In this document: piece by piece, positions 28,433-38,305 of the stretch
Position numbering within the stretch: the stretch's first letter is position 1
Layout: every line of letters starts with the position of its first letter
From: Candidatus Niyogibacteria bacterium
GTDB lineage: Bacteria; Patescibacteriota; Minisyncoccia; HO2-45-28
DNA: 64,000 nt
Reading direction: 5' to 3'
Assembly (NCBI GenBank): GCA_016432485.1
Contig: CP066691.1
Coordinates: 153,294 to 217,293 of the forward strand
Translations under genes and position numbers: made by a program
Notes under the pieces: model-generated
Database searches by the model: none
The model's input: the letters and a program-made list of their open reading frames with translations, nothing else
Told to the model about the DNA's origin: nothing

Positions 28433-28616
28433 TTTTTTATTAAATTATTCGAAGCAACAAACATCGACCGCGTTATGTTCATTGTTTTCTAACAACTGCA
28501 GAGCGTAAAAAATTATAAAATTTTTTACATCTACTTGTGCAAAGTGCTTCTGATTTAATTATCGCAACTTAAAAAATGATTTACAATAAAAAATTTACGA
28601 AACTGTGGATAACTTT

Positions 28617-30344
28617 TTATTTTTTTATTTTTTCAATCCCCCTCTTCGCGTAAGATTCCATTTTTTTAATTTTTTCTTTCAAATTGTTAAGAATGTGTTC
28701 GTCATCTACGGGAGTCGGAGTTCGCCGCGCCACATCAAGTGCCTCGATATCTTCCATAATAAGACCGAATATTTTTGTTATCTCGGATTGCATAAAAACA
28801 ACGCGTAAAGCCAACTTATTTTCCCTTTTTTTATAAAACCACGTACCCCCTCCGAACCCAACAATTAATACTAAAAGCAGCAATAAAGCTGTTCCTCCTT
28901 TGCCAAGCGATATGAAGCCGATTGAAATAATCGGTTTGCTTCTTACTTTAATTTCATCAGACGCAACCTCAAGACTCAAAGCGCCGCGATCGTCACGGCT
29001 TTGAGCAATTGCAACATAATCTCCGTTTTTTGGCGGAGCATCAAAAGTGCCTTCCCACCTCCCTCTTTCGTCACTACGAACTACTTTTTGCGCGGTAATT
29101 TCATATTTATCATTTCGCAACAAACGCCTCACGCTCAAAAGCACATCTAAATTAGCCGGAGCAGTGCCGTTAATTGCCAGCGGAATTTCGTCATCGGAAA
29201 AAACTTCCGAGGTTATAAAAGCAATGACCGGAGAATCAATGGGCAGAATTTCAAGCGTCAAACCGTTTTCAACTCCGTTTCCGGCCGCATCCACGGCCCT
29301 AATTACAACTTGTCTTTTGCCCGGCGCCTGCAGAGGTAACTTGAAAACTCCGTTAAATCCATCCGCGGGGATTCTTATCAGGTCTCCAACGCCTATGCGG
29401 ATTTGATATTCGGCAATTCCAGAAAGAGCGTCCGTTGTTTGAAAATTTAAAGTCGGCGATGGATTATCCGTAAACAAACCCTCTAAAGAAACCGCCTCAA
29501 AACCCGCCGGCGGACGGGTATCTACCGCCAGACGATAATGGGAAACAGGTCCCCAGCCGATGTTATTGCGAAAACGAATATGAAAATAACTCACGCCGTC
29601 GCTCAGCGATTCAAATGTTTTTTCTTCAAACAAGCCCTCCGATACCGCCGTAGGCGCATAGTTGGGCTGGGTATTTAAGGCGGTACTCACGCCGGAAACA
29701 TCCGGCGGCAAATCCCAGCGCGCCGTAAAAATATCCGAAATGTTATACCAGCGAGAAAGGTCGGGGTAAAGCGGAACAGATATTTCCGGTTTTGCCGGCA
29801 ATCCGGCGGCAGCAGCTGGAGTCCTCGTAATTTGCCGCGGCTCTGGGACTGCTGGCCGGCTTATTTCCGGCAAAACGCTTATTAAAGCGCCACTGATTTT
29901 TGACAAAATATTCGTACCGCTGCCATCGGACGCGGTTATGGCGGCTTCAGGCAAAAGAAGCTCGGCCTGTCCGCTTCCGCGGGTTTTAAAAACAATTTTT
30001 AAAATTTGAATTGAACTTCCGGAAACTCCGTATGGCGTTCCGCCAATAAATGAAACAATGCCCTCGTTATTTGAAAAATTGGGCTCTTCAAGCCAAAAAC
30101 TGAAAGCCGATCCGTCTTTTTTTAGAGAAACTACTTCTAATGTTTCTTTTGGGAAACGGATAACGGCTTGACCGGCGTTAAATCCGGCGCCCTCGCTATC
30201 TATTTTTATATCCATGATTATTTCATCCCCAACTCCCGCGTCTAAATTTGAAGGCGATGCAAAAATGGTCGCGGCCTCCGCCAAGCCGGCGAAAGAAAAA
30301 ACCAATAATAACCCAAGTAACATTAAAATATGTTTATGTTTCAT
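28617..30344 (-). CDS. Signal-peptide-bearing protein with an N-terminal cohesin-like domain, Ig-like middle domains and a C-terminal TM anchor.
   Basis: 575 aa. Signal peptide MKHKHILMLLGLLLVFSFAGLAEA. The cohesin assignment for aa 25-160 is based on pattern similarity. C-terminal TM helix ALLLLLVLIVGFGGG. Confidence 0.55.
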   Translation of the reverse strand: MKHKHILMLLGLLLVFSFAGLAEAATIFASPSNLDAGVGDEIIMDIKIDSEGAGFNAGQAVIRFPKETLEVVSLKKDGSAFSFWLEEPNFSNNEGIVSFIGGTPYGVSGSSIQILKIVFKTRGSGQAELLLPEAAITASDGSGTNILSKISGALISVLPEISRPAVPEPRQITRTPAAAAGLPAKPEISVPLYPDLSRWYNISDIFTARWDLPPDVSGVSTALNTQPNYAPTAVSEGLFEEKTFESLSDGVSYFHIRFRNNIGWGPVSHYRLAVDTRPPAGFEAVSLEGLFTDNPSPTLNFQTTDALSGIAEYQIRIGVGDLIRIPADGFNGVFKLPLQAPGKRQVVIRAVDAAGNGVENGLTLEILPIDSPVIAFITSEVFSDDEIPLAINGTAPANLDVLLSVRRLLRNDKYEITAQKVVRSDERGRWEGTFDAPPKNGDYVAIAQSRDDRGALSLEVASDEIKVRSKPIISIGFISLGKGGTALLLLLVLIVGFGGGTWFYKKRENKLALRVVFMQSEITKIFGLIMEDIEALDVARRTPTPVDDEHILNNLKEKIKKMESYAKRGIEKIKK

Positions 30345-32038
30345 TTTCTTTTTATGCTACGAATAAAAATACTAAAATCCGATACGTCAATTTTACCATC
30401 ATTATTAAAATCAATTTTCCCCCTAGCTTCTTCTTTCTTTTTAGAACCCCAGAGCGCGAGAAAAATACTCCAATCCCTTATATCAACAACGTTATCACTG
30501 CTTAAATCGGCGCTAACCTGCTGGAGACGGGAAACTGTAAAAGAATTAAGCGGGGAAAGATCGCTTTCTTGTTTGGTCGCCGGATTAACCTGTTTCGCGT
30601 AAATGCCGTGAGTGCCGAATTCCAATTCCCCCGTGGGGATTATAATTTTATACGAGCCATCGTCTCCCGCGTCAGCTTCAATTTTTACCTTGCCGTCAAC
30701 TTCAGCGCGGACTTTGTGGCCCGGTGAAGCATAGCCCAGAATCACTAAGGATTCGCCGCGCGTGACGGCCGATTTTGCGAAACCCAAAGTCGGGGGCACA
30801 AATATTTCTTTTTTAGTTAAACTATTTGAAATCGTGTCTATATTAAAAAATTTGGTCTGGGTTTTCCGGCCTTCGCTATCTTTAATAACCAGGCCAAAAC
30901 CATGCTGTCCCTGGAGCACTCCGACAAATTCTATATTAAAAACTCCGTCTTCAGTTAAAACCTTGCCTTGGCTTAAAACTTTTTCGTATCTAGTGTCTTT
31001 GTCTACGATAAAGGTGCTTCCTCCAGGGAACGCCTGCCCCGAAAAACGGATTCTTGTGGGGGGAATGGAGAATTTTGGCGTTGGCGGAAAAAATATTCCG
31101 GGACAATTTTGATAAGTATCCAAAGGCGAACCGGCATCGGTTATTCTAAAAATATAAACATCCTCAAAAACGAAACCCTCTTTGTCTTCCAAAACCCATT
31201 CGTATTCTGTTTTTTCGTTTTTAAGCATTGATCTCGAAGGTGCGGGATTGACAGAACTCAGTATAAGTCCCGACACAAAACCTGCCCCTGAAGTAATTTG
31301 CTGAGTTGTCACAGATGAATCGGTGAAATAAGGGGAGGAGCTTAAAACGAATTTGCCGCTTGATCCCGAAATCCTTTGCCATCCGCCTGAACTTGAACAA
31401 CTTTCATTTTCAGATACTTTTTTAAATTCTAATTGTGGAGAAATTGTCCCGGCCGCGTTCTTAACACGAATACCAAACCTCAATCTGAACTTACTTGGAT
31501 ATTCCAAATGGCTTCTAGGGTTTTGTTGGGAATTTTGAAGCGTGTTTTCAACGTCCCACCCGGTTGCGCTAGTCTCTGAACCGTCGTCGTCGCGGAACCA
31601 AAAATCGCTCTGGACAAAAGAAGCGTTTTCGGCAGGGCCAAAAACTATTTGCCGCGTAGAACTCACGTCTAACCCAGTCCCTTCTGTATCGGAGAGAGAC
31701 AAATTTACGGTTTCCGCGACAGAATCATTTATCGAAATAATTCCAACTCCGTTCACAATATCAATCAGCCCTCCGCCTGTGGCCGAACCGTTCGCAACCA
31801 ATGTCACATCGTTTTGATAAACCGCATAAACTTGGTTGTTACTCTTTTGAGCTTGAACTGTGACCAAAACTGGAATTCCTACAGTGCTATTATCCGGATT
31901 CAAAATCACAAATTTAACCGCGCCAGTCGGCTGAGCCGCCTTCGCTAAAATAAAAGGTAAAATCAGCAAGCCCGCGATTAAAAATTTTTTAATTTTAAGC
32001 ATGCGATTACTGCGCCGAAGAAGAACGTTGACCGCCAA
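30341..32038 (-). CDS. Secreted multi-domain protein ending in a type I dockerin.
   Basis: 565 aa. Signal/TM at the N-terminus. The C-terminal duplicated Ca-binding segments DLSSDNVVDIRDWSIFL and DFNNDGKIDVSDFSIFI match the dockerin DxNxDGxIDxxD pattern. Confidence 0.65.
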   Translation of the reverse strand: MAVNVLLRRSNRMLKIKKFLIAGLLILPFILAKAAQPTGAVKFVILNPDNSTVGIPVLVTVQAQKSNNQVYAVYQNDVTLVANGSATGGGLIDIVNGVGIISINDSVAETVNLSLSDTEGTGLDVSSTRQIVFGPAENASFVQSDFWFRDDDGSETSATGWDVENTLQNSQQNPRSHLEYPSKFRLRFGIRVKNAAGTISPQLEFKKVSENESCSSSGGWQRISGSSGKFVLSSSPYFTDSSVTTQQITSGAGFVSGLILSSVNPAPSRSMLKNEKTEYEWVLEDKEGFVFEDVYIFRITDAGSPLDTYQNCPGIFFPPTPKFSIPPTRIRFSGQAFPGGSTFIVDKDTRYEKVLSQGKVLTEDGVFNIEFVGVLQGQHGFGLVIKDSEGRKTQTKFFNIDTISNSLTKKEIFVPPTLGFAKSAVTRGESLVILGYASPGHKVRAEVDGKVKIEADAGDDGSYKIIIPTGELEFGTHGIYAKQVNPATKQESDLSPLNSFTVSRLQQVSADLSSDNVVDIRDWSIFLALWGSKKKEEARGKIDFNNDGKIDVSDFSIFIRSIKRK

Positions 32039-32396
32039 GGTATGCCTTGACCATATCTATGACTTCCTCAATAGGATGCTGGGATTTGACGAAATAATTT
32101 TCGGCTCCGAGCGAAAGAGCTTTTTTAATATCGGCGTCTCCCCCCAGATTTGAAAGCACGATTACCGGAATCGTTTTTAGCGCGGGATCTTTTTTAATCT
32201 CCTCAAGTACTGAAAATCCGTCGCGTTTCGGCAAAAGCAAATCTAACAAGACAATGTCCGGGCGATTCGTTCTTATTCGTTCAATCGCGCTGTCGCCGTC
32301 CATAGCGACATCCGCGCTGAAATTTTCAGTTTCAAGGTTATCCTTAAGAACTCGGACCAAAAACTCTTCATCTTCAACAATCAAAACTTTGTTCAT
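32007..32396 (-). CDS. Single-domain response regulator (CheY-like receiver).
   Basis: 129 aa. The phospho-acceptor Asp lies in IVLLDLLLPKRDG. It overlaps the downstream dockerin gene by about 30 nt. Confidence 0.85.
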   Translation of the reverse strand: MNKVLIVEDEEFLVRVLKDNLETENFSADVAMDGDSAIERIRTNRPDIVLLDLLLPKRDGFSVLEEIKKDPALKTIPVIVLSNLGGDADIKKALSLGAENYFVKSQHPIEEVIDMVKAYLGGQRSSSAQ

Positions 32397-32413
32397 AATT
32401 ATTTTTTAAATTA

Positions 32414-34105
32414 TTAATTTCCCAATTTAGGAAGGCGTAAATAAAAAGTCGACCCTTTTCCTTTTTCGGATTTGAAATATATCGACCCTCCTATTTTTTC
32501 GGCAGAAATTTTGGCAATATAAAGGCCGAGCCCGGTGCCGTCCGGCTTCATCACTTTGGCGTTTGAGGCGCGATAAAATCTTTCAAAAATCCTGCCTTCT
32601 TCGTTTTTAGGAATACCTATTCCGCTGTCCGTTACCGAAAAAATAATCGCGTCCGGCCCATCTTTTATATCCAAAACCGCTTTTTTCCCGGCATCTGAAT
32701 AATTAATCGCGTTTGAAATAAAACATTCAAGTACGGTGCTTAAAAAATCACGTGATGTTTTTATTTTTAAGCCATAAACGGAAGAGGTGTGTTTAAATTC
32801 AACCCCCTTGCTTTTTGCCGCGGGTTCAAATGAATCAGATAATTCTTTTAATAATGAATCAACATCAATTATTTCCTTTTTGATATTCTTCATGCCCTCA
32901 AGACCCAAAACATTAAGCATGTCGTAAACCAATACGATCATTTTTTCGTTTGCGCGATAAATCTCGTCAATGTACTCCTTTTGTTTCGGATTCAATTCCC
33001 CCAAAACCCCTTTTTGCAGGGTCTCTATAAGCCACTTGATTCCGGAAAGCGGAGTTCTTAATTGGTGCGACGCCAGCGTAATAAAATCCGTTCTGGTTTT
33101 TTCCAATTCTTTTTCTTTGGTGATATTTCTTTCAATGCCCACAAAAAAGATTACATTGCCTCTATCGTCCAAAACCGGAGCAATCGTGACCTCGGCAAAA
33201 TAATTTTCTCCGCTTTTTCTTTGATTTTTAAGTTCGCCTTTAAATACTTTTTTATCGTATTTTATGGTTTTCCACATCTTTTCATAAAACTCCTGCGGCA
33301 TTTTTTTGCCCCATAAAGACGGGCGGGCGCCAATCATTTCTTCCAGGGAATATCCGGTTGTCTTTTCCGCTGCCTTATTGGCGTACATAATAACGCCGTC
33401 ACTATCGGTAATGATGATATGGTCAGACGCGTTTTCAACAGCCAATTTGTATTTTTCCATTTCGCGCATCGGTTCTTGCGCCGTTTTTCTGAATAAAAAT
33501 ATGAGCGTAAGCCAATAAATAAAAATTGCTAAAAAAATAAACAATCCAACAAAAAAACGAGCACGCGCCATTAACGCGTTGATTTCGTCCAAATTAAAAT
33601 AGGTCTCAATTACGCCCGCTGGCGTCCGGCTTTCCATAAAAAATACCGGCACATAAATTTCCATCAGTTGGGAATAAGACCGCTCGGATTTATTTTCCGA
33701 TTTAATTGGCTCCTGAATTTCACTGACCGTCTCTCCCAAAATCGCCTTATTAAATTCTTCGTTATCCGTAAATTTCTGCCCGACAATAGTCGCGTCATCT
33801 GAAAAAATAATCCTCGCGCCCCTGTCCCAAACCTTAATTCTGATTATGTTGGGTGCCTGAATATCTTGGAAAAAAAACCAAAACTTTTGTCTGACCAGTG
33901 GGGGGTCTTCTATTAAAAAGTCGTCCTCCGTTAACTCCTTGCTGGCGTGAACCCGGATCAACTGCGCGACGTAAGAACTACTTATTTCAAGCAAGTAATT
34001 TTTTAAAATGTAACTTACGCCGAAATTCAGAGCCAAAACAAGAAAAAACAGGAAAATAAACGTAAACAAAGAAAACCTGTTCGCAAGACGTCTTTTTTTA
34101 AACAT
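32414..34105 (-). CDS. Membrane sensor histidine kinase with PAS domain.
   Basis: 563 aa. Two TM segments, a PAS domain (IIITDSDGVIMYANKAAEKTTGY), the H-box ASHQLRTPL, and G-boxes DSGIGIP / GTGLGLYIA. Confidence 0.85.
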   Translation of the reverse strand: MFKKRRLANRFSLFTFIFLFFLVLALNFGVSYILKNYLLEISSSYVAQLIRVHASKELTEDDFLIEDPPLVRQKFWFFFQDIQAPNIIRIKVWDRGARIIFSDDATIVGQKFTDNEEFNKAILGETVSEIQEPIKSENKSERSYSQLMEIYVPVFFMESRTPAGVIETYFNLDEINALMARARFFVGLFIFLAIFIYWLTLIFLFRKTAQEPMREMEKYKLAVENASDHIIITDSDGVIMYANKAAEKTTGYSLEEMIGARPSLWGKKMPQEFYEKMWKTIKYDKKVFKGELKNQRKSGENYFAEVTIAPVLDDRGNVIFFVGIERNITKEKELEKTRTDFITLASHQLRTPLSGIKWLIETLQKGVLGELNPKQKEYIDEIYRANEKMIVLVYDMLNVLGLEGMKNIKKEIIDVDSLLKELSDSFEPAAKSKGVEFKHTSSVYGLKIKTSRDFLSTVLECFISNAINYSDAGKKAVLDIKDGPDAIIFSVTDSGIGIPKNEEGRIFERFYRASNAKVMKPDGTGLGLYIAKISAEKIGGSIYFKSEKGKGSTFYLRLPKLGN

Positions 34106-34109
34106 ATGT

Positions 34110-34316
34110 TTAATCGCTGTTTTTGTGGGCTTCTATCGTAACGCCCCTTTGCGGATCAATCCTTACGGCCACCAATTTTAAGCAGTGCGGACACTTCATA
34201 ATAAACGAAATTCCCGCTCGGCCATTGTTTTTATTCTTAAAATCTTTAAAAACGATCCCTCTGCAATAAGGGCAGTGACCCAAGTTTTCCCCATCTTTGC
34301 TGACAAATTTGGTCAT
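34110..34316 (-). CDS. Small C4 zinc-ribbon protein.
   Basis: 68 aa. CPYC...CPHC pairs. Confidence 0.4.
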   Translation of the reverse strand: MTKFVSKDGENLGHCPYCRGIVFKDFKNKNNGRAGISFIMKCPHCLKLVAVRIDPQRGVTIEAHKNSD

Positions 34317-34442
34317 TAAAAGTAAAAAAACCCACGCAATTCAAAATATGAATTTTGTAGGCCGTAGAGCTACAAAGAATTAACTTTAATTTATATAGTT
34401 TTAAACACTTTTATTATACAATAAAATTGACTTTCCCATAAC

Positions 34443-34453
34443 CCCCCCCCCCC
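34443..34453. repeat. Homopolymeric C11 tract in the intergenic region upstream of murB.
   Basis: aaccccccccccctcaac read directly. Confidence 0.7.
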
Positions 34454-34508
34454 TCAACTTTGAGCTGTGGATAAGTAGAACACTTTTGAAACCCGACTTC
34501 GCCAACTT

Positions 34509-35489
34509 TTACAGCAACTGAATTTCCGTTTCCAGAAAAACGCCGTAATGATTTTGGACTTTCTCTTTGGCTATGGTTATTAAAGTAAGCACATCTTCGG
34601 CGGTTGCGCCGCCGGTATTTATAAAATAATTCGCGTGTCTTCCGGAAATTTTTGCGCCGCCAATTTGCATACCTTTAAGGCCGAGTTGGTCAATCAGAAA
34701 TGCCGCCGGAATATTTGGCTTGTCTGAAAACTGTCTTAGTTCCGAAAATCTCATACACAAGTCTGACTTGTGTATGTCTCTGCGCGACCACTCAACATTT
34801 TTAAAAATGCATCCGGCGCATTTCTGGCCAATGTCTTGAGACAATGCGCGTTTTTTCGCGTATTCGGCAATGATGCTCTGGGACTTTTTGGAATCACCCG
34901 CCCGCAATTTCAAAGTTGTCGAAAGAATAATTAAATCGGGATTATGTTTGAAAATTGAATCACGATAGCCAAACCCGCAACTTGAAACATGAAACTTGAA
35001 ACATTTATTTTGATTGCTATCAAAAATATCCACTGATTCAACTACATCGCGCATCTCGAAGCCGAAACATCCGGCATTGCCCCTGACCGAACCCCCTATT
35101 GTTCCCGGAATTCCAATCGCCCATTCAAAACCCGAGAGCCCCGCCTTGACCGATTCGGCCACAACCCGCGCCATCTGCGCCCCCGCCTCCGCATAAAGCT
35201 TCGGCGCGGCAAGGCCCGCCTCCGCATAAAGCTTCGTTTGTGGACTTCCGAAGTCCATACTTATGCTGTTGGCGCGGTTTTTTATGACAAGACCATCAAA
35301 TCCTTTATCTGAAACCAAAACATTTGACCCCGCGCCCAAAATAAACAAAGGTTTCGCCTTTGCGCGCGCCCACAAAACCGCCTCGGCCAGTTCTTCGGCT
35401 GAAGCGATTTCGCAAAAGTATCGAGCGGGTCCCCCGATTCCAAAAACCGTGTGTTTTGCTAATTCAACATTTTCGCGTATATCAAGCAT
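34509..35489 (-). CDS. murB: UDP-N-acetylenolpyruvoylglucosamine reductase.
   Basis: 326 aa. The FAD-binding N-terminus GIGGPARYF...LGAGSNVLV is MurB-like. It contains an in-frame 36-nt duplication (KLYAEAG x2). Confidence 0.8.
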   Translation of the reverse strand: MLDIRENVELAKHTVFGIGGPARYFCEIASAEELAEAVLWARAKAKPLFILGAGSNVLVSDKGFDGLVIKNRANSISMDFGSPQTKLYAEAGLAAPKLYAEAGAQMARVVAESVKAGLSGFEWAIGIPGTIGGSVRGNAGCFGFEMRDVVESVDIFDSNQNKCFKFHVSSCGFGYRDSIFKHNPDLIILSTTLKLRAGDSKKSQSIIAEYAKKRALSQDIGQKCAGCIFKNVEWSRRDIHKSDLCMRFSELRQFSDKPNIPAAFLIDQLGLKGMQIGGAKISGRHANYFINTGGATAEDVLTLITIAKEKVQNHYGVFLETEIQLL

Positions 35490-35524
35490 TATTTACCGTT
35501 TTTTAGCCGCTTGATCCATTTTAT

Positions 35525-37036
35525 TTATTCCATAACCACAACCGCGCCTGTCATTGAAGGATTCAGATGATTGTGATATTTCCAAGCTCCAACATGGTCA
35601 AAACGAAATTCGTATTTTTCTCCATTGGCTAGGCGCCGGCAAACGTCAAAAGCGCTGCCCAAACATCCGCCTTTTTGAGGATAGACGGCGTGCGTCGGAT
35701 GAACGGCTGACGCCGGCCAAGCGTCTAATCCGCTTTCATTTACCCAAACAACGCTTCCGCCTTTTTTAATCTTTACTTCCAACGGCTCAAAACCATTTCC
35801 GGTTATTTTTACAACTACCGAAGCCGGACTTTCAGCAACCGGTTTAGAAGCGGTTTCCGATTTTTTGTCGGCTCTCAACTCCGGTTTTTTTACCGACTCG
35901 TTAGAACGCTTGACCACTTCTTCTAAAGATTTTTTTGCGGAGTTTGAATTGCGTAAAGAACTGTTTGCTTGTCCCAGCGCTTCTCCGAAATTCTTGGCAT
36001 CAAACGCTTCCCGAGATTTCTTTAAGTGGTCTTCGGCGTTAGCTAAAAGTTCTTTAACATTTTGAGGTATTGCTTTTCCGTCGTTTTCATAGCGCGCAAT
36101 TTTATCTTTAAGCTCGATTATTGATTTTTCGGCCTCAACTATCGCGCGTTTGGCTTTTTCGGCGACATCAAATCTGTCGCGCTCAATATCGCGTAAAAGT
36201 TCATCCCCCTCCCCGTTTTTTAATTCGTGGCGAGCCCTAAGTTTGATAATGGTTGAAGCGGCGTCTTTCACGCCCTCTTTAAGCTCTTTTCTGACTTCTT
36301 TCAATTCATCCCGCGATTCAACATTAACCAAGCGGTCTTCCAGGATTTTTAGTTTCGTTTCAAAACGCTCTTTCAATTCCGGCGGAATTTCTCCGGATTT
36401 TTCGGCAATTTCTTCCAAATGCTCTGATCGACGCTCAAGCTGCTTTTTGAGACGCTCAATATTATTTTCTAAAAGCTCCTTGGCCTTTTCCTGCTTTATT
36501 AAATTCTTCTCAACTTGGCGCTTCAAGACCTCTTCGGACTTATCAAGCCCTTTTCTTGAACTTTCAAGAGCACGATTCAAGGCCTCGCGCGCATGCTCCG
36601 GCGCTTTATCCAAAACGCCCTCAAGCACTGACTGCTGTTTTAAAGAAAGGTCATTAAATTTCGCGATTAAAGAATCCAAATTGCGGCCTTCTGTATCCAA
36701 ACGTTCCAAATCGCCTTCGGCGGCTTCAGCCCTCACTCTGGCAAAGCCCTCCGCGCGCTCAACAACCGCGCTTTCGGCTCCCGACTCAACAACCGCCTTC
36801 AATTCCGCAAGGCGCTTTTCGGCAATTTCAACCTTCACTTCCGCTTTCCTGACGGCATTAAAAGTTAAAAGGTTTAGGCGCGTCCAATCGCCGAATCGTT
36901 CAAAAATGTGGAGTGGACTGGCGGGCGTAAGGCCGGCGTCGGGCAGAACTTCGTCTGTTTCTTGCGCAAAAACAGTCGTTGAGAAGGTTAAGACAAAACT
37001 TATAATCAAGACCTGTAAAATTATTTTCTTTGCCAT
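35525..37036 (-). CDS. Secreted coiled-coil protein, DUF5667-like N-terminus, with a C-terminal domain carrying His/Cys/Met residues reminiscent of a cupredoxin fold.
   Basis: 503 aa. Signal peptide, LPDAGLTPASPLH motif, long E/K-rich coiled coil. The antisense + ORF 36150..37049 is an artefact. Confidence 0.45.
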   Translation of the reverse strand: MAKKIILQVLIISFVLTFSTTVFAQETDEVLPDAGLTPASPLHIFERFGDWTRLNLLTFNAVRKAEVKVEIAEKRLAELKAVVESGAESAVVERAEGFARVRAEAAEGDLERLDTEGRNLDSLIAKFNDLSLKQQSVLEGVLDKAPEHAREALNRALESSRKGLDKSEEVLKRQVEKNLIKQEKAKELLENNIERLKKQLERRSEHLEEIAEKSGEIPPELKERFETKLKILEDRLVNVESRDELKEVRKELKEGVKDAASTIIKLRARHELKNGEGDELLRDIERDRFDVAEKAKRAIVEAEKSIIELKDKIARYENDGKAIPQNVKELLANAEDHLKKSREAFDAKNFGEALGQANSSLRNSNSAKKSLEEVVKRSNESVKKPELRADKKSETASKPVAESPASVVVKITGNGFEPLEVKIKKGGSVVWVNESGLDAWPASAVHPTHAVYPQKGGCLGSAFDVCRRLANGEKYEFRFDHVGAWKYHNHLNPSMTGAVVVME

Positions 37037-37265
37037 TCTTTTTAAATAATTATTTTATAATTTATGAGGCCGGTACTTTAGAGGCCGGATAGGGGTTTAC
37101 TCCACACTATGTCTTTATGTGAGTGCCGGCCTATCCGGCCACCAAAATACCGACTGTTCATAGTATAAAAAATACCCCGTAAAACACAACCCCGCACCAA
37201 ACGGTGCGGAGTTATGCAGACATAGCATGTACTTCCGCCAAAGGCGGAAAACACTCACGCTATAA

Positions 37266-37296
37266 GTATAGCAAATCGCGCTCTAAAATGCAAGGA
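37266..37296 (-). promoter_or_regulatory. Sigma70-type promoter (-35 TTGCAT, 17-nt spacer, -10 TATACT) driving a highly structured leader of about 230 nt ahead of the coiled-coil gene.
   Basis: Read in minus orientation: TTGCATTTTAGAGCGCGATTTGCTATACT. Confidence 0.45.
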
Positions 37297-37330
37297 CGTT
37301 ACGGCCGGCTGTGGAAAACCTCAAAAAGCC

Positions 37331-38305
37331 TTAAATTTTATTATTAAGACCGGATTTCAAAAGATCAATACCTTCTTTAAAAGAAACTTCGGGCCGCCAG
37401 CCGAGAAGCTCGTAAGCGAGCGAAATGTCGGCAAGAGTCTGGCGCACCTCGCCGCGTCTGGGTGGAGCCATAACGCATTTGCCGGATTTCAATAATTCTT
37501 CGTTATCCGTATTTTCATTCCGGCCCAAAACCAAACTTGCAACCCCCCAAATGGAATGATTTTCGCCCGAGCCGATATTTATTATCTCGCCTCCGCCCGC
37601 TTTTGAGGATTCCGCCGCCAGTAAATTCGCTTTAACCACATCGCCAACCCAAGTGAAATCGCGCCTTTGATCACCGTCAGGCACAATAGTTAAGGGCTCG
37701 CCTCTTTGCGCCTGGTCTAAGAATATGCCTATGACCGTAGCGTACGGGCCGTCGGCAGTCGTTGTCTGACGAGGGCCGTAAACATTAAAATAGCGCAGAC
37801 AAACGGTCTCAGGCCCTCCGGTGGCCTTGCCCATATCACGCATCAGCATCTCGCCCATTCTTTTGGTTGAACCGTATGGATGAAGCGACTGCGAAGTTAT
37901 TTTCATTCCCTCATATAGCGCCGGCGCGTCTTGATCGCCATAAGCCGAGGAAGAGGCGGAATATACGACACGGCGCGTCTTATATTTTTTTGCGAATCTC
38001 AAAATGTTTCTTGTGCCGATTGCGTTCACCTGAAAATATCTGTCCGGATTTTCAAATGACGGCTGAATACGAGCAAGCGCGGCGCAGTGAAAAATAATTT
38101 CGGGCCTTATTTCTTGAAAAACTTTTTCCAGTTTTTCGGCATCAAAAATATCAATTTCAAAATTCGGCGCCTTAGGATTGGCGTTCTCTTTTTTTCCGGA
38201 AGACAAATCATCAACCAAAAAAACCTCATCTTTACGCGCGACGCAAGCATCAACGATATGCGAACCTATAAAACCCATGCCCCCCGTGACCAAAATTTTA
38301 GCCAT
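37331..38305 (-). CDS. NAD-dependent epimerase/dehydratase (GalE/UXS family).
   Basis: 324 aa. N-terminal TGGMGFIGSH Rossmann motif and YxxxK in the SDR-extended fold. Confidence 0.8.
   Translation of the reverse strand: MAKILVTGGMGFIGSHIVDACVARKDEVFLVDDLSSGKKENANPKAPNFEIDIFDAEKLEKVFQEIRPEIIFHCAALARIQPSFENPDRYFQVNAIGTRNILRFAKKYKTRRVVYSASSSAYGDQDAPALYEGMKITSQSLHPYGSTKRMGEMLMRDMGKATGGPETVCLRYFNVYGPRQTTTADGPYATVIGIFLDQAQRGEPLTIVPDGDQRRDFTWVGDVVKANLLAAESSKAGGGEIINIGSGENHSIWGVASLVLGRNENTDNEELLKSGKCVMAPPRRGEVRQTLADISLAYELLGWRPEVSFKEGIDLLKSGLNNKI

Noticed and set aside
36150-37049. 299-aa Ser/Phe-rich plus-strand ORF.
   Set aside because: It is the antisense of the E/K-rich coiled-coil gene 35525..37036. 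Its compositional bias is the mirror image of the real gene.
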